Shown: positions 19,377 through 31,242, counted from the stretch's first letter. The stretch is 64,000 nucleotides of DNA from Candidatus Latescibacterota bacterium (GCA_965222605.1 OZ244960.1:2496001-2560000), one strand, 5' to 3'. The notes: generated by a model not told the origin, from the letters alone. Made by a program: numbers and translations.

Positions 19377-21269
19377 CTATTCATTCAAAGAACTGTCGTC
19401 TTTGGAAAGATTTTTGAATTTTTCCCGCAGGGTCTGGTTCTCGGGATCAAATTCTATAGCGCGTTCATAATGGTGACTTGCGCGGGAGAGATCGCCCATT
19501 TTTTGCGCTGCGTCTCCCGCGTGCTCGTGAATAACCGCGAGGTTTTCGCGCAAGCCATCTACAATCGGAGAATTGGGATCGGTTTGGCGAAGGGTTTCTT
19601 TCTCTACAGCGAGTGCGCGGTCCAGCCAGCGCGCGGCGTTTTCATACTGTTTGAGCTGATAATAGACCCAGCCGAGACTATCGAGATAAGCGCCGTTCTC
19701 AGGATCGATTTTCAAGGCGCGTTCAATTAACTTTTTTGCTTCGGTAAGGCGTTCTCCACGCTCGGCGAGCATATACCCCAAATAATTGCTGGCCTCTGCG
19801 TGATCCTGATCCAGTGCCAAAAGGCGTTGAAATATGGCGACAGCGCGATCGAACTGTCCCGCCCGTTCAAGGCTGCGCCCCAGATCAAAGAGCACCTGCT
19901 CGAGAAATTCGGGATTATCTTCCGTATCGGCGACGAGTGGCTCCAGCAGGGGAATGGCTTTTTCCCAGTTGCGATCAAAAAGATATGTACGCGCCAGTTC
20001 GTAGCGAAAACCCGTGTGTTCTGGCCTCGCGTCAACAGCCTGTTGATAGATATTGCGCGCACTGGTAATTTCGTTTTGGCGCAGATAAACGCGGGCGAGG
20101 TCAAACGCGATTTGATCGTAATACTCGCTTTCAGGGCGCGTATCCCGATGGAGATTTTCCAGGATCTGTTGCGCGCTTGCCCAGTTTTCTTCGATCCTGT
20201 ACGAACGGGCTATGCCGAGATGATATTCGGTTTTTTCACCCTGTAAGTTGGCGTGGCGATAGGTTTTGCGCGCATCTGCCGTACGATTGGCATCGAGCAA
20301 CAGACGAGCTTTTGTGCCCAGCAGGGTCTGATTTTCGGGATCGGTTTGCAACTGGTGATTGAGAACGCGTTCGGCCATATCGACAAATAGCATTCTCTCA
20401 TCGTGATCATGACGGCCCTTCACCATTCTGAGGAGCACATTGCCCAACCGATTGACCAGGCGGGGGTCTGGTTCTTCAAGGAGGCGATTTAGATAGTCTG
20501 TGTGGGTATAAATGTGTACTAATTGAACCCAAACCGGGACTGTTTGCTTGTTAACACTATAATCTTGCAGCGCGATTATCCGCCGAAAATATTGTTCGGC
20601 AGAGAGTGTATCGCCCTGGGAGAGCTGTGTTATGCCCAGTTGAAAAAGAAGATCGTCGTTATTGGGGTCATCTTCGAGGATATCGCGATAAATTTGCGCT
20701 GCTTTGTCAAACGCGCGCAGCCGGTGGTAGTTTTCAGCGGCAAAGAGCTTTTCGCGCGTGCCCTGTCCTGGGATAGCAACAATGCTATCGAGCACCGTTA
20801 TGACTTTGCTGCGCTGCCCCCGGGCATTGTAAATTTGGAGAAGTTGATTATAAGCACTCAGGTCTCGCGGCGCGAGCCGTACAATAGTATTTAACTGGTC
20901 AATAGCTGCGGTGGTGTCGCGGCCCTGGCTGAGGGCGTGATAATAGAGCCAGCGGTTTTGCACATTTTCGGGATCAATCTGAACGGCTCTCCGCGCGGGT
21001 TCGACCGCATCTTGGAACCGCCGAACAGCATTGAGATTGCGAGCCAGTGCGCTGTAAAGTGTCGCAGAGGTCGAGTCGTATTGCACAGCGGCTCGCAGTT
21101 CGGAAATAGCCTGATCGCGTTGGCCTGCGGCTTCTGCAAATCGCGCCCGCAAAAAGTGCGTGACGGCCTGAGGGTGAGGAGATGCTTTGGGGGGTACAGA
21201 GCGCAAGCTAAGCTGCGCTGTTGCACAGCCGATGAGCAATGTGAGCAAACAAAAAAATGTGTAACGCAT
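19377..21269 (-). CDS. Tetratricopeptide-repeat lipoprotein
   Basis: Lipobox LLIG-C; multiple TPRs; NYLGYMLAE...AYLDSLGWVYY. Confidence 0.88.
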   Translation of the reverse strand: MRYTFFCLLTLLIGCATAQLSLRSVPPKASPHPQAVTHFLRARFAEAAGQRDQAISELRAAVQYDSTSATLYSALARNLNAVRRFQDAVEPARRAVQIDPENVQNRWLYYHALSQGRDTTAAIDQLNTIVRLAPRDLSAYNQLLQIYNARGQRSKVITVLDSIVAIPGQGTREKLFAAENYHRLRAFDKAAQIYRDILEDDPNNDDLLFQLGITQLSQGDTLSAEQYFRRIIALQDYSVNKQTVPVWVQLVHIYTHTDYLNRLLEEPDPRLVNRLGNVLLRMVKGRHDHDERMLFVDMAERVLNHQLQTDPENQTLLGTKARLLLDANRTADARKTYRHANLQGEKTEYHLGIARSYRIEENWASAQQILENLHRDTRPESEYYDQIAFDLARVYLRQNEITSARNIYQQAVDARPEHTGFRYELARTYLFDRNWEKAIPLLEPLVADTEDNPEFLEQVLFDLGRSLERAGQFDRAVAIFQRLLALDQDHAEASNYLGYMLAERGERLTEAKKLIERALKIDPENGAYLDSLGWVYYQLKQYENAARWLDRALAVEKETLRQTDPNSPIVDGLRENLAVIHEHAGDAAQKMGDLSRASHHYERAIEFDPENQTLREKFKNLSKDDSSLNE

Positions 21270-21274
21270 GATCG

Positions 21275-22525
21275 TTAATCTCTGGGTGGGCGAAGTTTTG
21301 ATTTGGGTTTTTTGAACTCCCACATCAGTTCGCTACGGCCAAAATCGGTTTCGTGAGACTGCACGATGAGTTTGATGTACTTTGTACGATCTGAAACAAC
21401 CGGTGTTTTCATAACAGTGTGCGCAGAAAAATAGAGTATAAGCAATTTTTCATTTCCTACATAAGTAATATTCATGGGCGGTTCTGCAAAATAGCGCACT
21501 TTTTCACCGGGCGTATAAGTGGGAGAAATATACGTGCCGAACACATCTGTGACTTCGATTTCTCTGCCCGGTACAGAAACCTGGAGTGCTTCGAGCGGAT
21601 AAAATGCCCGCTCTTCAATTTTGGTGGGTTCATACCCGATCTCTTCGCTGTCTTCGAGGTAAATTATCCAGCGACTGAGATCGAGATACGCTTTGTCGTA
21701 AATGGTATTGAATTTTAAGCGAATTTGAATATCGTCATCGAGTCGGTTTTGGCTGGCATAGTCTTCCCATGTGTGGGCAGAAATGCTGTCGGGACCGTAG
21801 TGGGTTTGCAACATGTCAAATTCTGAACGCACGAGATCGGGGACATACAGCGTGGCTGAGATGAGCAGCGGGGAACGCACGACGCGATGGCGTTCGGAAG
21901 CGGTCAACTCGCGGAATTGCAAATCGGGATGCGCGGCAATACTCGGCGCTTGTGGCAAATTGTCTATGGGACGCACCGTGGAAATAAAGCTGCGCACAGT
22001 CCATACTTTGAGCAATTGGGGATATGTCCAGGTATTATCCGAATCGGGTTTTGAAGGCAGGGTGAGTTTATAGACTTCTTTTTTTCCTGAAAATTCGGGA
22101 AAAAGCGGAGAGTTTTGAACGTGGTAATAGGGATGTTGCGCGATGGGAATGGCAAAAACATCGCCTTTGCCAATGAGTTTATCCATGCGCTCAATTTGCT
22201 TGCTATCGAGTGTTGTTTTGAGCGCGTCAAACACGGCACTGGCACTGTCATTAGCACTTTGGCGCAGACTTTTCAGATCTTTCAGTTTGGGAATATGGCC
22301 CTGCCACAAAAGGGCTTCGTTGGTTCGGCGAGCGCGTTCGGTTTGATATTCAATCACGATATCGCGAAGTGCGGAGACGTGTTTGGCAATATGTTCTTTC
22401 TGGTCTGCCCTCGCCTTGAGGTGTTTGCCCAATCGGTCTGCTTCAAGAAGATCCCTGGTATTGGCACCCCAGGCGGTTTGGAGCGCAAAAAGTAAAAGCG
22501 CGACAAAACTTGCTCGGAAAAACAT
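21275..22525 (-). CDS. Hypothetical secreted protein
   Basis: 416-aa ORF with signal peptide (AWG-A), in line with rnr and the TPR gene; no recognised motif. Confidence 0.7.
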   Translation of the reverse strand: MFFRASFVALLLFALQTAWGANTRDLLEADRLGKHLKARADQKEHIAKHVSALRDIVIEYQTERARRTNEALLWQGHIPKLKDLKSLRQSANDSASAVFDALKTTLDSKQIERMDKLIGKGDVFAIPIAQHPYYHVQNSPLFPEFSGKKEVYKLTLPSKPDSDNTWTYPQLLKVWTVRSFISTVRPIDNLPQAPSIAAHPDLQFRELTASERHRVVRSPLLISATLYVPDLVRSEFDMLQTHYGPDSISAHTWEDYASQNRLDDDIQIRLKFNTIYDKAYLDLSRWIIYLEDSEEIGYEPTKIEERAFYPLEALQVSVPGREIEVTDVFGTYISPTYTPGEKVRYFAEPPMNITYVGNEKLLILYFSAHTVMKTPVVSDRTKYIKLIVQSHETDFGRSELMWEFKKPKSKLRPPRD

Positions 22526-22605
22526 GATATGTCCATTTTGTTGAATATTTTGATTTAAAGCCAGCCCACTATTTTAATGTTTGAGTGTCCAAAAGGTTCA
22601 TGTGT

Positions 22606-24768
22606 TTATCTTCGCCCGCGTCTCTTCCGCGAGCCTTTGGGGCGAACATTTTGCGTGTGTGACAAAAGGTGAAAGTCTATCCGCAGGCGTTGCCGGTCGA
22701 GTTGGGCGAGTTGTACTTGAACCGAATCCCCAAGTCGGAAAATCGTTCCCGTGGATTCGCCAACGAGTGCGCCTTGTAACTCGTAGTAAATATAATAATC
22801 ATCGTAGAGATATTTTACGTGAACCAGACCCTCGATGAGTACATCGTTGAGTTGAACAAAAAAGCCGATGGAACGCACATCGACGATGACGGCATCAAAA
22901 CACTCGCCTATTTTGTCTTTCAGATAGAGAATTTGCATGAGCCGAATAGCATCCCACTCGGCTTGTTGCGCGCCGATTTCGCGTTGCGTTGCCAGATCGC
23001 CAATATCGGGAAGGCGGTGTGCGCGGCGCGCCATCTGCCCGGGCGTGATCGCGTGGTTGATCGCATCGCGCAAGGTGCGGTGAAGAATCAGATCGGGGTA
23101 GCGACGAATCGGCGATGTGAAGTGCGTATAAGTATCGCAAGCCAATCCAAAATGACCGACGTTGACCGGCGTGTACACAGCCTTCTTCATTGAACGCAAC
23201 AGGCGATGGCTCAAAATATGACCGATAGGCTCATCCTTGAAATTTGCGAGAAACGCCTGGATGCTGTCTGTCCGCGAGGGATTTGAAAGGCGATACCCCA
23301 GTGTTTTGGCCAGGTCGCAAAATGCGGCGAGTTTTTCACCGTCGGGCGGTTCGTGGACGCGATAGAGAATCGGGATGCCGCCATCGGCCATGCGCCGCGC
23401 GACGATTTCATTGGCCAGGAGCATAAATTCTTCAATGAGGCGGTGACTATTCAGACGGGCGCGGGGGCGAATGTGAATGGGATGGCCCTGATCGTTGAGG
23501 ATAATATGAGGTTCGGGAATTTCAAAGTCGATCGTACCCCTTGCCATGCGTTTCTCTGTCAGACAACTTCTCAGAGCTTCCATATCCCTGAGAATATCGG
23601 CATACGGTTCGGCGGGATTTTCGTGAATTGTAAACGGCTCGCGGTCGAGCACTTGCTGAACCTCTCCGTATGACAGGCTCGCGCGGCTGCGTATCACCGT
23701 TTCTGCAATCTGAGCGTCAATCAGCTCGCCTTCGGGGGTGATATGCGCCAGAATGCTCAGAGTTAGACGATCTTCGCAGGGCTGTAAAGAACAGATATTT
23801 GCGGAGAGCTTTTCCGGCAACATAGGGATAACGCGGTCGGGCAAATACACGCTGCTGCCGCGTGTGAGGGCTTCGTGGTCGAGAGGCGAGCCTTCGGGAA
23901 CATAGTGACTGACATCGGCAATGTGAATGCCCAGACAATAGGTCTGATCATCGAGAACCTGAAGCGATACCGCATCGTCGTGATCGCGCGCATCGGCCGG
24001 ATCAATGGTAAAACAGATCAGATCGCGCAAATCGAGGCGCCGGTCAATTTCCTCTGTGGAAATGCCTTCTGGAATCGCTTCTGTAGCTTCGAGAACATGA
24101 TGGGGAAAATCGAGTGGAAGACCGCGTTTTTTAATAAGGATAAGGGTTTCAATACCCGCATCGTCCGCATTGCCCAGCACTTCGACAATCCGCCCATTGG
24201 GATGGGCACTGGGTGAGGAATATTTGAGGCGGACAACGACCTTTTGCCCCGCCTGAGCACCGTGGGTCAGGTCATCGGGGATATGAATACGTGCGCGGAT
24301 GCGGGGATCATCGGAGATGACAAGAGAAATGCCGTCATTTTCCACATACGTGCCTACCATTGTTTGCTCGGCGCGTTCGACAATGCGAACCAACTCGCCT
24401 TCTGCGCGGTCGCTGCCCTGTGCTCTGCGCGTGAGGCGCGCCACAGCGCGATCGCCGTGTCGCGCACGCCTCATGTGTCTCGCGCCAATAAAAATATCTG
24501 CGCCCCCATCTTCGGGCGCAAGCAGGCCATATCCACTGGTCTGGATACTGATGCGACCAACAACGAGATTGTGGTCAGACGGAATGCCGTAACGGCTGTG
24601 GCGCAACTTTACGAGATCACCATCGCGCACCATGCGGCGAATCAGGCGGCGAAAATCCGAATAAGCCCGATCGGAGACGCGAAGGGCGCGAGCAAGTTCC
24701 CTGATTTTGAGCGGACGTCTGGATTGTTGACGCACAAAATTCAGTACCTGATCGCGAGAGACAGACAT
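22606..24768 (-). CDS. rnr: Ribonuclease R
   Basis: TIDPADARDHDDA, IADVSHYV, YTHFTSPIRRYPD; N-terminal HTH, S1 domain and basic tail. Confidence 0.95.
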   Translation of the reverse strand: MSVSRDQVLNFVRQQSRRPLKIRELARALRVSDRAYSDFRRLIRRMVRDGDLVKLRHSRYGIPSDHNLVVGRISIQTSGYGLLAPEDGGADIFIGARHMRRARHGDRAVARLTRRAQGSDRAEGELVRIVERAEQTMVGTYVENDGISLVISDDPRIRARIHIPDDLTHGAQAGQKVVVRLKYSSPSAHPNGRIVEVLGNADDAGIETLILIKKRGLPLDFPHHVLEATEAIPEGISTEEIDRRLDLRDLICFTIDPADARDHDDAVSLQVLDDQTYCLGIHIADVSHYVPEGSPLDHEALTRGSSVYLPDRVIPMLPEKLSANICSLQPCEDRLTLSILAHITPEGELIDAQIAETVIRSRASLSYGEVQQVLDREPFTIHENPAEPYADILRDMEALRSCLTEKRMARGTIDFEIPEPHIILNDQGHPIHIRPRARLNSHRLIEEFMLLANEIVARRMADGGIPILYRVHEPPDGEKLAAFCDLAKTLGYRLSNPSRTDSIQAFLANFKDEPIGHILSHRLLRSMKKAVYTPVNVGHFGLACDTYTHFTSPIRRYPDLILHRTLRDAINHAITPGQMARRAHRLPDIGDLATQREIGAQQAEWDAIRLMQILYLKDKIGECFDAVIVDVRSIGFFVQLNDVLIEGLVHVKYLYDDYYIYYELQGALVGESTGTIFRLGDSVQVQLAQLDRQRLRIDFHLLSHTQNVRPKGSRKRRGRR

Positions 24769-24906
24769 ATTTTTATGAATAGATGAGATAGAACCAATGG
24801 CAGACAAACAGGCGGGAGATATGGTGGCGGTGCACGAGCGAAATTGTTATACTGCTGTGGGTGACTATCGTGCAAGGCAAATATACGGAAAGGGCGCGAA
24901 AAAGCA

Positions 24907-25992
24907 ATGCAAAACCTCTACTGGCTGATCACAGCGGCTCTCTTGTGCTTTGGGGGGTGCGCCGCGCAATATGTTCTGGCACCCGACGGGGAATACGATT
25001 ATCGCGTACCCGTTGGGCGGGGTGATGCCCGGGCGGGATTTGAAACCCTATTTGTTTCCACCGTAAAAGTCGTGTGGACGCCCCAATATGCCAACGTATT
25101 TTACACACATGATAGGAGAGATGACAGGGGTTTCTTGCTCCATTTGCCTTTAACAGATAAAAACAGCCCAACGGGCTATCGGCTGGCGCGAGATGGCATC
25201 CGCGAAACAGTCGATTCTTATTCCAAAGTGGGCACCGCGCTTGTGGTTGCGCGGCAATCCGCGACCAATCAATACGACGTGGCAATTGCACTGACAAATG
25301 CACATCTGGTGACGGCACCGGATACCATTCGGTACTTTATGCGGGATGCCCGAGGCCTGAAAACAAATGTACTCGAACGGATCTCCATTAAGATCAGTAC
25401 CGCATTGCACGTGGTCAATCGCGATGGGGAAAGCATCCATTCGAAAATCTTGCGCCTCGACCCCGAAGCAGACCTGGCCTTGCTCAAACTCAATATTCCC
25501 AATCTGATGAAAAAGCCATTGCCTTTTTTCTTGCGGCTGGGCAAGACATCGGATCTGCAATGGGGCAATTTTGTCTATATCGTAGGTCATCCAAAAAATA
25601 AGATGCGCCTCACCGCGGGCACAGTGAGTTTGGACGAAGATGAAGATCGGTTTTTTGTCGATGCTCCCATCCGTGCAGGCTACAGTGGCGGGCCTGTGGT
25701 TGCTGTGCGAGATGGTTTGCCCAATTTTGAACTCGTGGGCCTTTGTCGGGGAGCGACAACAGAAACATTTCGCTTGTTGGTGCCCAACCGAAAATTAAAC
25801 GAAGGCGCAGTACTATCGCCCGACTTGCTCGGTCAAATCTCGGTTGAAGAGCGCGAGGTGGTGGAACCCGGTTTGGGGTTTGTCGTGGGAACTGAAGCCG
25901 TCAAACGATTTTTATTGGATAGTCGCGATCCGCTCCGCAAGATCGGTGTAAATGTCAAAACCGATACGGCATTGCGAATGTGGGGGTTTTGA
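24907..25992 (+). CDS. Trypsin-like serine protease, lipoprotein
   Basis: Lipobox FGG-C; catalytic triad motifs TNAHLV, ADLALL, GYSGGP. Confidence 0.85.
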   Translation: MQNLYWLITAALLCFGGCAAQYVLAPDGEYDYRVPVGRGDARAGFETLFVSTVKVVWTPQYANVFYTHDRRDDRGFLLHLPLTDKNSPTGYRLARDGIRETVDSYSKVGTALVVARQSATNQYDVAIALTNAHLVTAPDTIRYFMRDARGLKTNVLERISIKISTALHVVNRDGESIHSKILRLDPEADLALLKLNIPNLMKKPLPFFLRLGKTSDLQWGNFVYIVGHPKNKMRLTAGTVSLDEDEDRFFVDAPIRAGYSGGPVVAVRDGLPNFELVGLCRGATTETFRLLVPNRKLNEGAVLSPDLLGQISVEEREVVEPGLGFVVGTEAVKRFLLDSRDPLRKIGVNVKTDTALRMWGF

Positions 25993-26019
25993 ATCCGCGG
26001 GGATATGTATTATATTGTC

Positions 26020-26096
26020 GGGACGGCACAGGGACCGTCCCCTACGATAATACTGTTAATCCGATTTTTTGTAGGGGCGACCCCCTGTGGTCGCCC
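26020..26096. repeat. Inverted pair of GTAG-type REP-like palindromes (REPIN-like)
   Basis: 26020-26045 (reverse) and GTAGGGGCGACCCCCTGTGGTCGCCC 26071-26096, 25-bp AT-rich spacer. Confidence 0.8.
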
Positions 26097-26129
26097 GCTA
26101 ACCTTACACATTTTTTAAAGGAGATCCAG

Positions 26130-26582
26130 ATGAGACATTTTACTATTTCTTTACTGAGCTTATTCCTTCTTCCCGCGCTGGTCGGGGCGCACTGCGAGAT
26201 ACCGTGTGGGATCTATGGCGATGAGGGTCGGTTTGACGCGCTATTGGAAAACGCGACCACCATTGAAAAGTCGATGAATGAAATCAAAAAATTGTCGGGA
26301 GAAAGCGAAAAAAATTACAACCAGATCGTGCGGTGGGTCGTCAACAAAGAGCACCATGCCGATCAGATTCGCGATATTGTGGCACAATATTTCCTGGCGC
26401 AACGGATCAAAGAACCCGCTGAAGGGGATGCCGCGGCTGCGAAAGCCTATACCGAAAAACTAATGGTATTGCACAAAATTATTCGCACGGCGATGCTGTG
26501 CAAACAAACCACAGACCCGAAAAACGCGCAGACCTTGCGCGATCACATAAACGCTTTTCAGACGCTTTACAACGCGAAATAG
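26130..26582 (+). CDS. sodN: Nickel superoxide dismutase precursor
   Basis: Ni-hook HCEIPCGIY after a 20-aa hydrophobic leader; NQIVRWVVNKEHHA and CKQT motifs; RBS aaggag. Confidence 0.92.
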   Translation: MRHFTISLLSLFLLPALVGAHCEIPCGIYGDEGRFDALLENATTIEKSMNEIKKLSGESEKNYNQIVRWVVNKEHHADQIRDIVAQYFLAQRIKEPAEGDAAAAKAYTEKLMVLHKIIRTAMLCKQTTDPKNAQTLRDHINAFQTLYNAK

Positions 26583-26604
26583 TTATGTTCACCATTGCTT
26601 TTTT

Positions 26605-26642
26605 AATGGGACAGTCTCAATGGAGATTGTCCCATTTTTTTT
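26605..26642 (+). terminator. Intrinsic terminator after sodN
   Basis: aatgggacagtctc-aatg-gagattgtcccatt plus T-tract. Confidence 0.8.
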
Positions 26643-26689
26643 CTTTTTTCTTGCGCTTCTGAATTGTCTTTGATATATTTTCCGCCCCA

Positions 26690-26716
26690 TTAGCACTCGA
26701 CAGGAGAGAGTGCTAA
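26690..26716 (+). promoter_or_regulatory. CIRCE element (HrcA operator)
   Basis: Perfect TTAGCACTC-N9-GAGTGCTAA directly upstream of groES. Confidence 0.97.
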
Positions 26717-26767
26717 AACATATTATCCGTTTATTTTCACTCCACCTCGCATAAGGAGGCTATAACA

Positions 26768-28730
<1,963 letters not shown>

Positions 28731-28750
28731 GCAGTCAGCTTTTCGCAACG

Positions 28751-28784
28751 AAAAAGGGACACCCAATTGGGTGTCCCTTTTTTT
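28751..28784 (+). terminator. Intrinsic terminator after groEL
   Basis: aaaaagggacaccc-aatt-gggtgtcccttttttt. Confidence 0.88.
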
Positions 28785-28863
28785 GGGGAATTATATACAA
28801 TAGTACCGAGATCAAGCAGTTCTGGACCGTAGAATCGAGGTTCGAATCCCCAAGGGGCTACCT
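28784..28863 (+). pseudogene. Degenerate, apparently chimeric tRNA remnant (Gln-CTG-like body, Glu-like 3' end)
   Basis: tggggaa...tt-CTG-ga-ccgtagaatcgaGGTTCGAATCCccaaggggctacct. T-loop is intact but the acceptor, D, anticodon and T stems do not pair, and it ends in CCT rather than CCA. Confidence 0.6.
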
Positions 28864-28893
28864 ATTTTTTCGCTGAACTTTGATTCTATCTTC

Positions 28894-28941
28894 AAAGGCC
28901 GTAAGAGTTTTTGCTCCAACTGAGCAACACTTACGGCCTTT
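28894..28941. repeat. Long inverted repeat downstream of the tRNA remnant
   Basis: aaaggccgtaagagtt / aacacttacggccttt with inner ttgctc/gagcaa stem. Confidence 0.75.
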
Positions 28942-29245
28942 TATTTTTTCCATCAAAAGTATCGAAAGCGATCAATTCTTTCACCATACCGCTAATTCAT
29001 CGTTCAAATTTTACACTTTTTTGCCAACGCTTGTCCTCCTCTATCCTCGCTTCAACAGGCAATCCACAAATTCAAGTTGTAAACAAGAGCACAATACAGC
29101 ATATTGAAAGCATAATGAAGTGCCTGAACTTCTGACAAGCCCCTTTTATCGCTCAATTTTGTGATAATTGGCCTGAGATTTGCTTGAGGTCTGAATGTTG
29201 CGTTTGTCCAAAATACGACCAACCTTCAGAACAAAGGAAGCAGAA

Positions 29246-29629
29246 GTGTCAGACGACCACAATTCAATTAAAGAATATAAAGGCATTCTGGGACAGGTCA
29301 CTTCACCTCTGGTATTTTTTGCTCTGGCACTTTTGGTCATTGAAGGAATCATTGGAATTACGGTTGTTAAATCAAAACTCGACGCTATACAGCAATTCTA
29401 CATGATTCTTGTTATGGCCTTTCTATTTCTGGCTGTTGTCGGCCTCGTTGCATGGATTACTGTGAAATATCCCTTGAACTTAATGGATAAAGTTGATGAA
29501 AGCATAGCACGCAATGAAGAGATCGAAAATTTCGTAGAAAGTGACATGTTTAGGGATACTGTCATCGACATCGTAACTGATATTGTCCAGCGGTCACAAT
29601 CAAAGGAGCGAGAAAATGGATCAAAATGA
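29246..29629 (+). CDS. Hypothetical two-TM membrane protein
   Basis: Probable GTG start after aaggaag; hydrophobic helices PLVFFALALLVIEGIIGITVV and FYMILVMAFLFLAVVGLVAWI. Confidence 0.7.
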   Translation: MSDDHNSIKEYKGILGQVTSPLVFFALALLVIEGIIGITVVKSKLDAIQQFYMILVMAFLFLAVVGLVAWITVKYPLNLMDKVDESIARNEEIENFVESDMFRDTVIDIVTDIVQRSQSKERENGSK

Positions 29630-29885
29630 ACGAGGAGCGATAAAGGATATTGTTAAAGTGATCTATCACTCCAGGGGGGATTGGCGCACGCCAGGGGGCA
29701 TTGCGAGAGATCTCCAAATTTCTTCTGAAACAGTAACCCAAATCGTCAAAAGCCACCCCGAATTTTTTATTTTAGCAGGTGATGAGCGTGCGAAATTTGC
29801 CCTTCGTCCCGGCGGTCTCGATGCCGTGTCACTCACTGATAGTGCGCGAAACTTATATCTTCAAGAGCTAACGCTGAGTGCATAG
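29616..29885 (+). CDS. Small hypothetical protein, HTH-like
   Basis: RBS aaggag; overlaps the upstream gene; WRTPGGIARDLQISSETVTQIV resembles a helix-turn-helix. Confidence 0.65.
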   Translation: MDQNERGAIKDIVKVIYHSRGDWRTPGGIARDLQISSETVTQIVKSHPEFFILAGDERAKFALRPGGLDAVSLTDSARNLYLQELTLSA

Positions 29886-29886
29886 C

Positions 29887-31188
29887 TTACGACACATCTC
29901 GCCCTATCTTCAATCTTTCAGGACAAAAAAACACCCGATTATTGATCACCTCACCTGCTTCTTTATCCGGATAACGAGACTCCCCATCAAAAAAAACAAA
30001 AGGTGGATATTGTCCCCCGGAAATGGTATTGGCGCCAGTGGGGCGTTCCAGATTCGCCTCGTTAAAAATCGTATCCTGGGGCAAAGCGAGCTGTGTTTTC
30101 CAATTCCTATCCCCCTCGTTCAAAGTCAACCAGACCAGGCGTTTGCCCTCTATTTCCCAGTTCAATCCACGCGTGGGTTTGCCATTATTCCAGCCCTTGC
30201 CGAGAGGCTGAAGTTCAAGCAAAGCATAAAGAGTACCCGCTTCATCCATACTAAATGCACCGCGGCATCCTGTTGGGCGGTGGTCTGGAAAGCCCGCATC
30301 AATAGATTCTCGCTGCCAGATACCCTTTTCATTGCGCCAGGCATGAACGATTTCACCCGGCTCATCCAAATGCGAAATATAGAGAATATGTGGTCCCTGA
30401 GAGGAAACCACGATACAACCCTGTGAGAGAACCTCGGGACGAGGCATGGGTTCGTGGCGTTCATCTTCCTCGGAACGAACAAGAATATCGAGCTGTTCGG
30501 GCCGCGCTGGCAATTCAATACGCGCGCCATCGGCTCTCTCCCATGTCTCTCCACCGTCTCGGCTGCACATATAACACACAGCCTGATATAACCCGCGCTG
30601 ATCGTGGATCCCCTTACCCTCGTAAAAGTCTATCACAAGGTGAAGAACGCCATCTGCACCAATAGCCATACCAGTCTGGAAAGCACCGTAACCAGTATAA
30701 TCCTCACGACGCACGATCAATTTTCCGCGTTCTCGCCAGGCACCATCTCTACTTTTAGAATAAAAATCCACACCATCCCAGCGATTGGGTGAACGCAACG
30801 TTAAATAAAGCGTATCGTCCAAACCGCACACAACAACGGGATAGGTCCCCGATCCAGCCGGCTGTCCCTCTGTCCATTCACCTGCGTCATTTGGTCGCAC
30901 CGACCGTCGATATGTCACTGGCGAATTGTGGCCGCTCATAACAGCTTGCAAATAGCCCTGGTGATCAACAGTTATAATCGGACGCGCGTGATTGTCGCGT
31001 CCCCTGTTAAAAGTCAGCGGCTTTGACCATTCCCCAGTATCGCGATCAAAAGTGCAAACCCTGTTGAAATAGCCCTCACCTGTAACATCCTGCCAGACCA
31101 CATGTGTTCTTCCACCGAACGTAACAACCTTATTCCCCGCGCCAGAAGTCGCGCGTTCACTGCCAATTTGAGAGATTAATCTGGGCAT
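29887..31188 (-). CDS. BNR-4 repeat (beta-propeller) protein
   Basis: DNHARP...GYLQAVMSGHN, GTYP and Asp-box SRDGGETW; RBS aaggag. Confidence 0.78.
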   Translation of the reverse strand: MPRLISQIGSERATSGAGNKVVTFGGRTHVVWQDVTGEGYFNRVCTFDRDTGEWSKPLTFNRGRDNHARPIITVDHQGYLQAVMSGHNSPVTYRRSVRPNDAGEWTEGQPAGSGTYPVVVCGLDDTLYLTLRSPNRWDGVDFYSKSRDGAWRERGKLIVRREDYTGYGAFQTGMAIGADGVLHLVIDFYEGKGIHDQRGLYQAVCYMCSRDGGETWERADGARIELPARPEQLDILVRSEEDERHEPMPRPEVLSQGCIVVSSQGPHILYISHLDEPGEIVHAWRNEKGIWQRESIDAGFPDHRPTGCRGAFSMDEAGTLYALLELQPLGKGWNNGKPTRGLNWEIEGKRLVWLTLNEGDRNWKTQLALPQDTIFNEANLERPTGANTISGGQYPPFVFFDGESRYPDKEAGEVINNRVFFCPERLKIGRDVS

Positions 31189-31242
31189 ATTGAACTCTCT
31201 CCTTAATTGGAAATTCAACGACTGGATTATATGCTAAATGGT

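Noticed and set aside
25980-26129. N-terminal extensions of sodN (and prfA from 53438) in the ORF track
   Set aside because: They run through REP-like repeats; downstream ATGs fit the known N-termini.
28784-28863. Intact tRNA gene
   Set aside because: Acceptor, D, anticodon and T stems do not pair and there is no CCA; reported only as a remnant.
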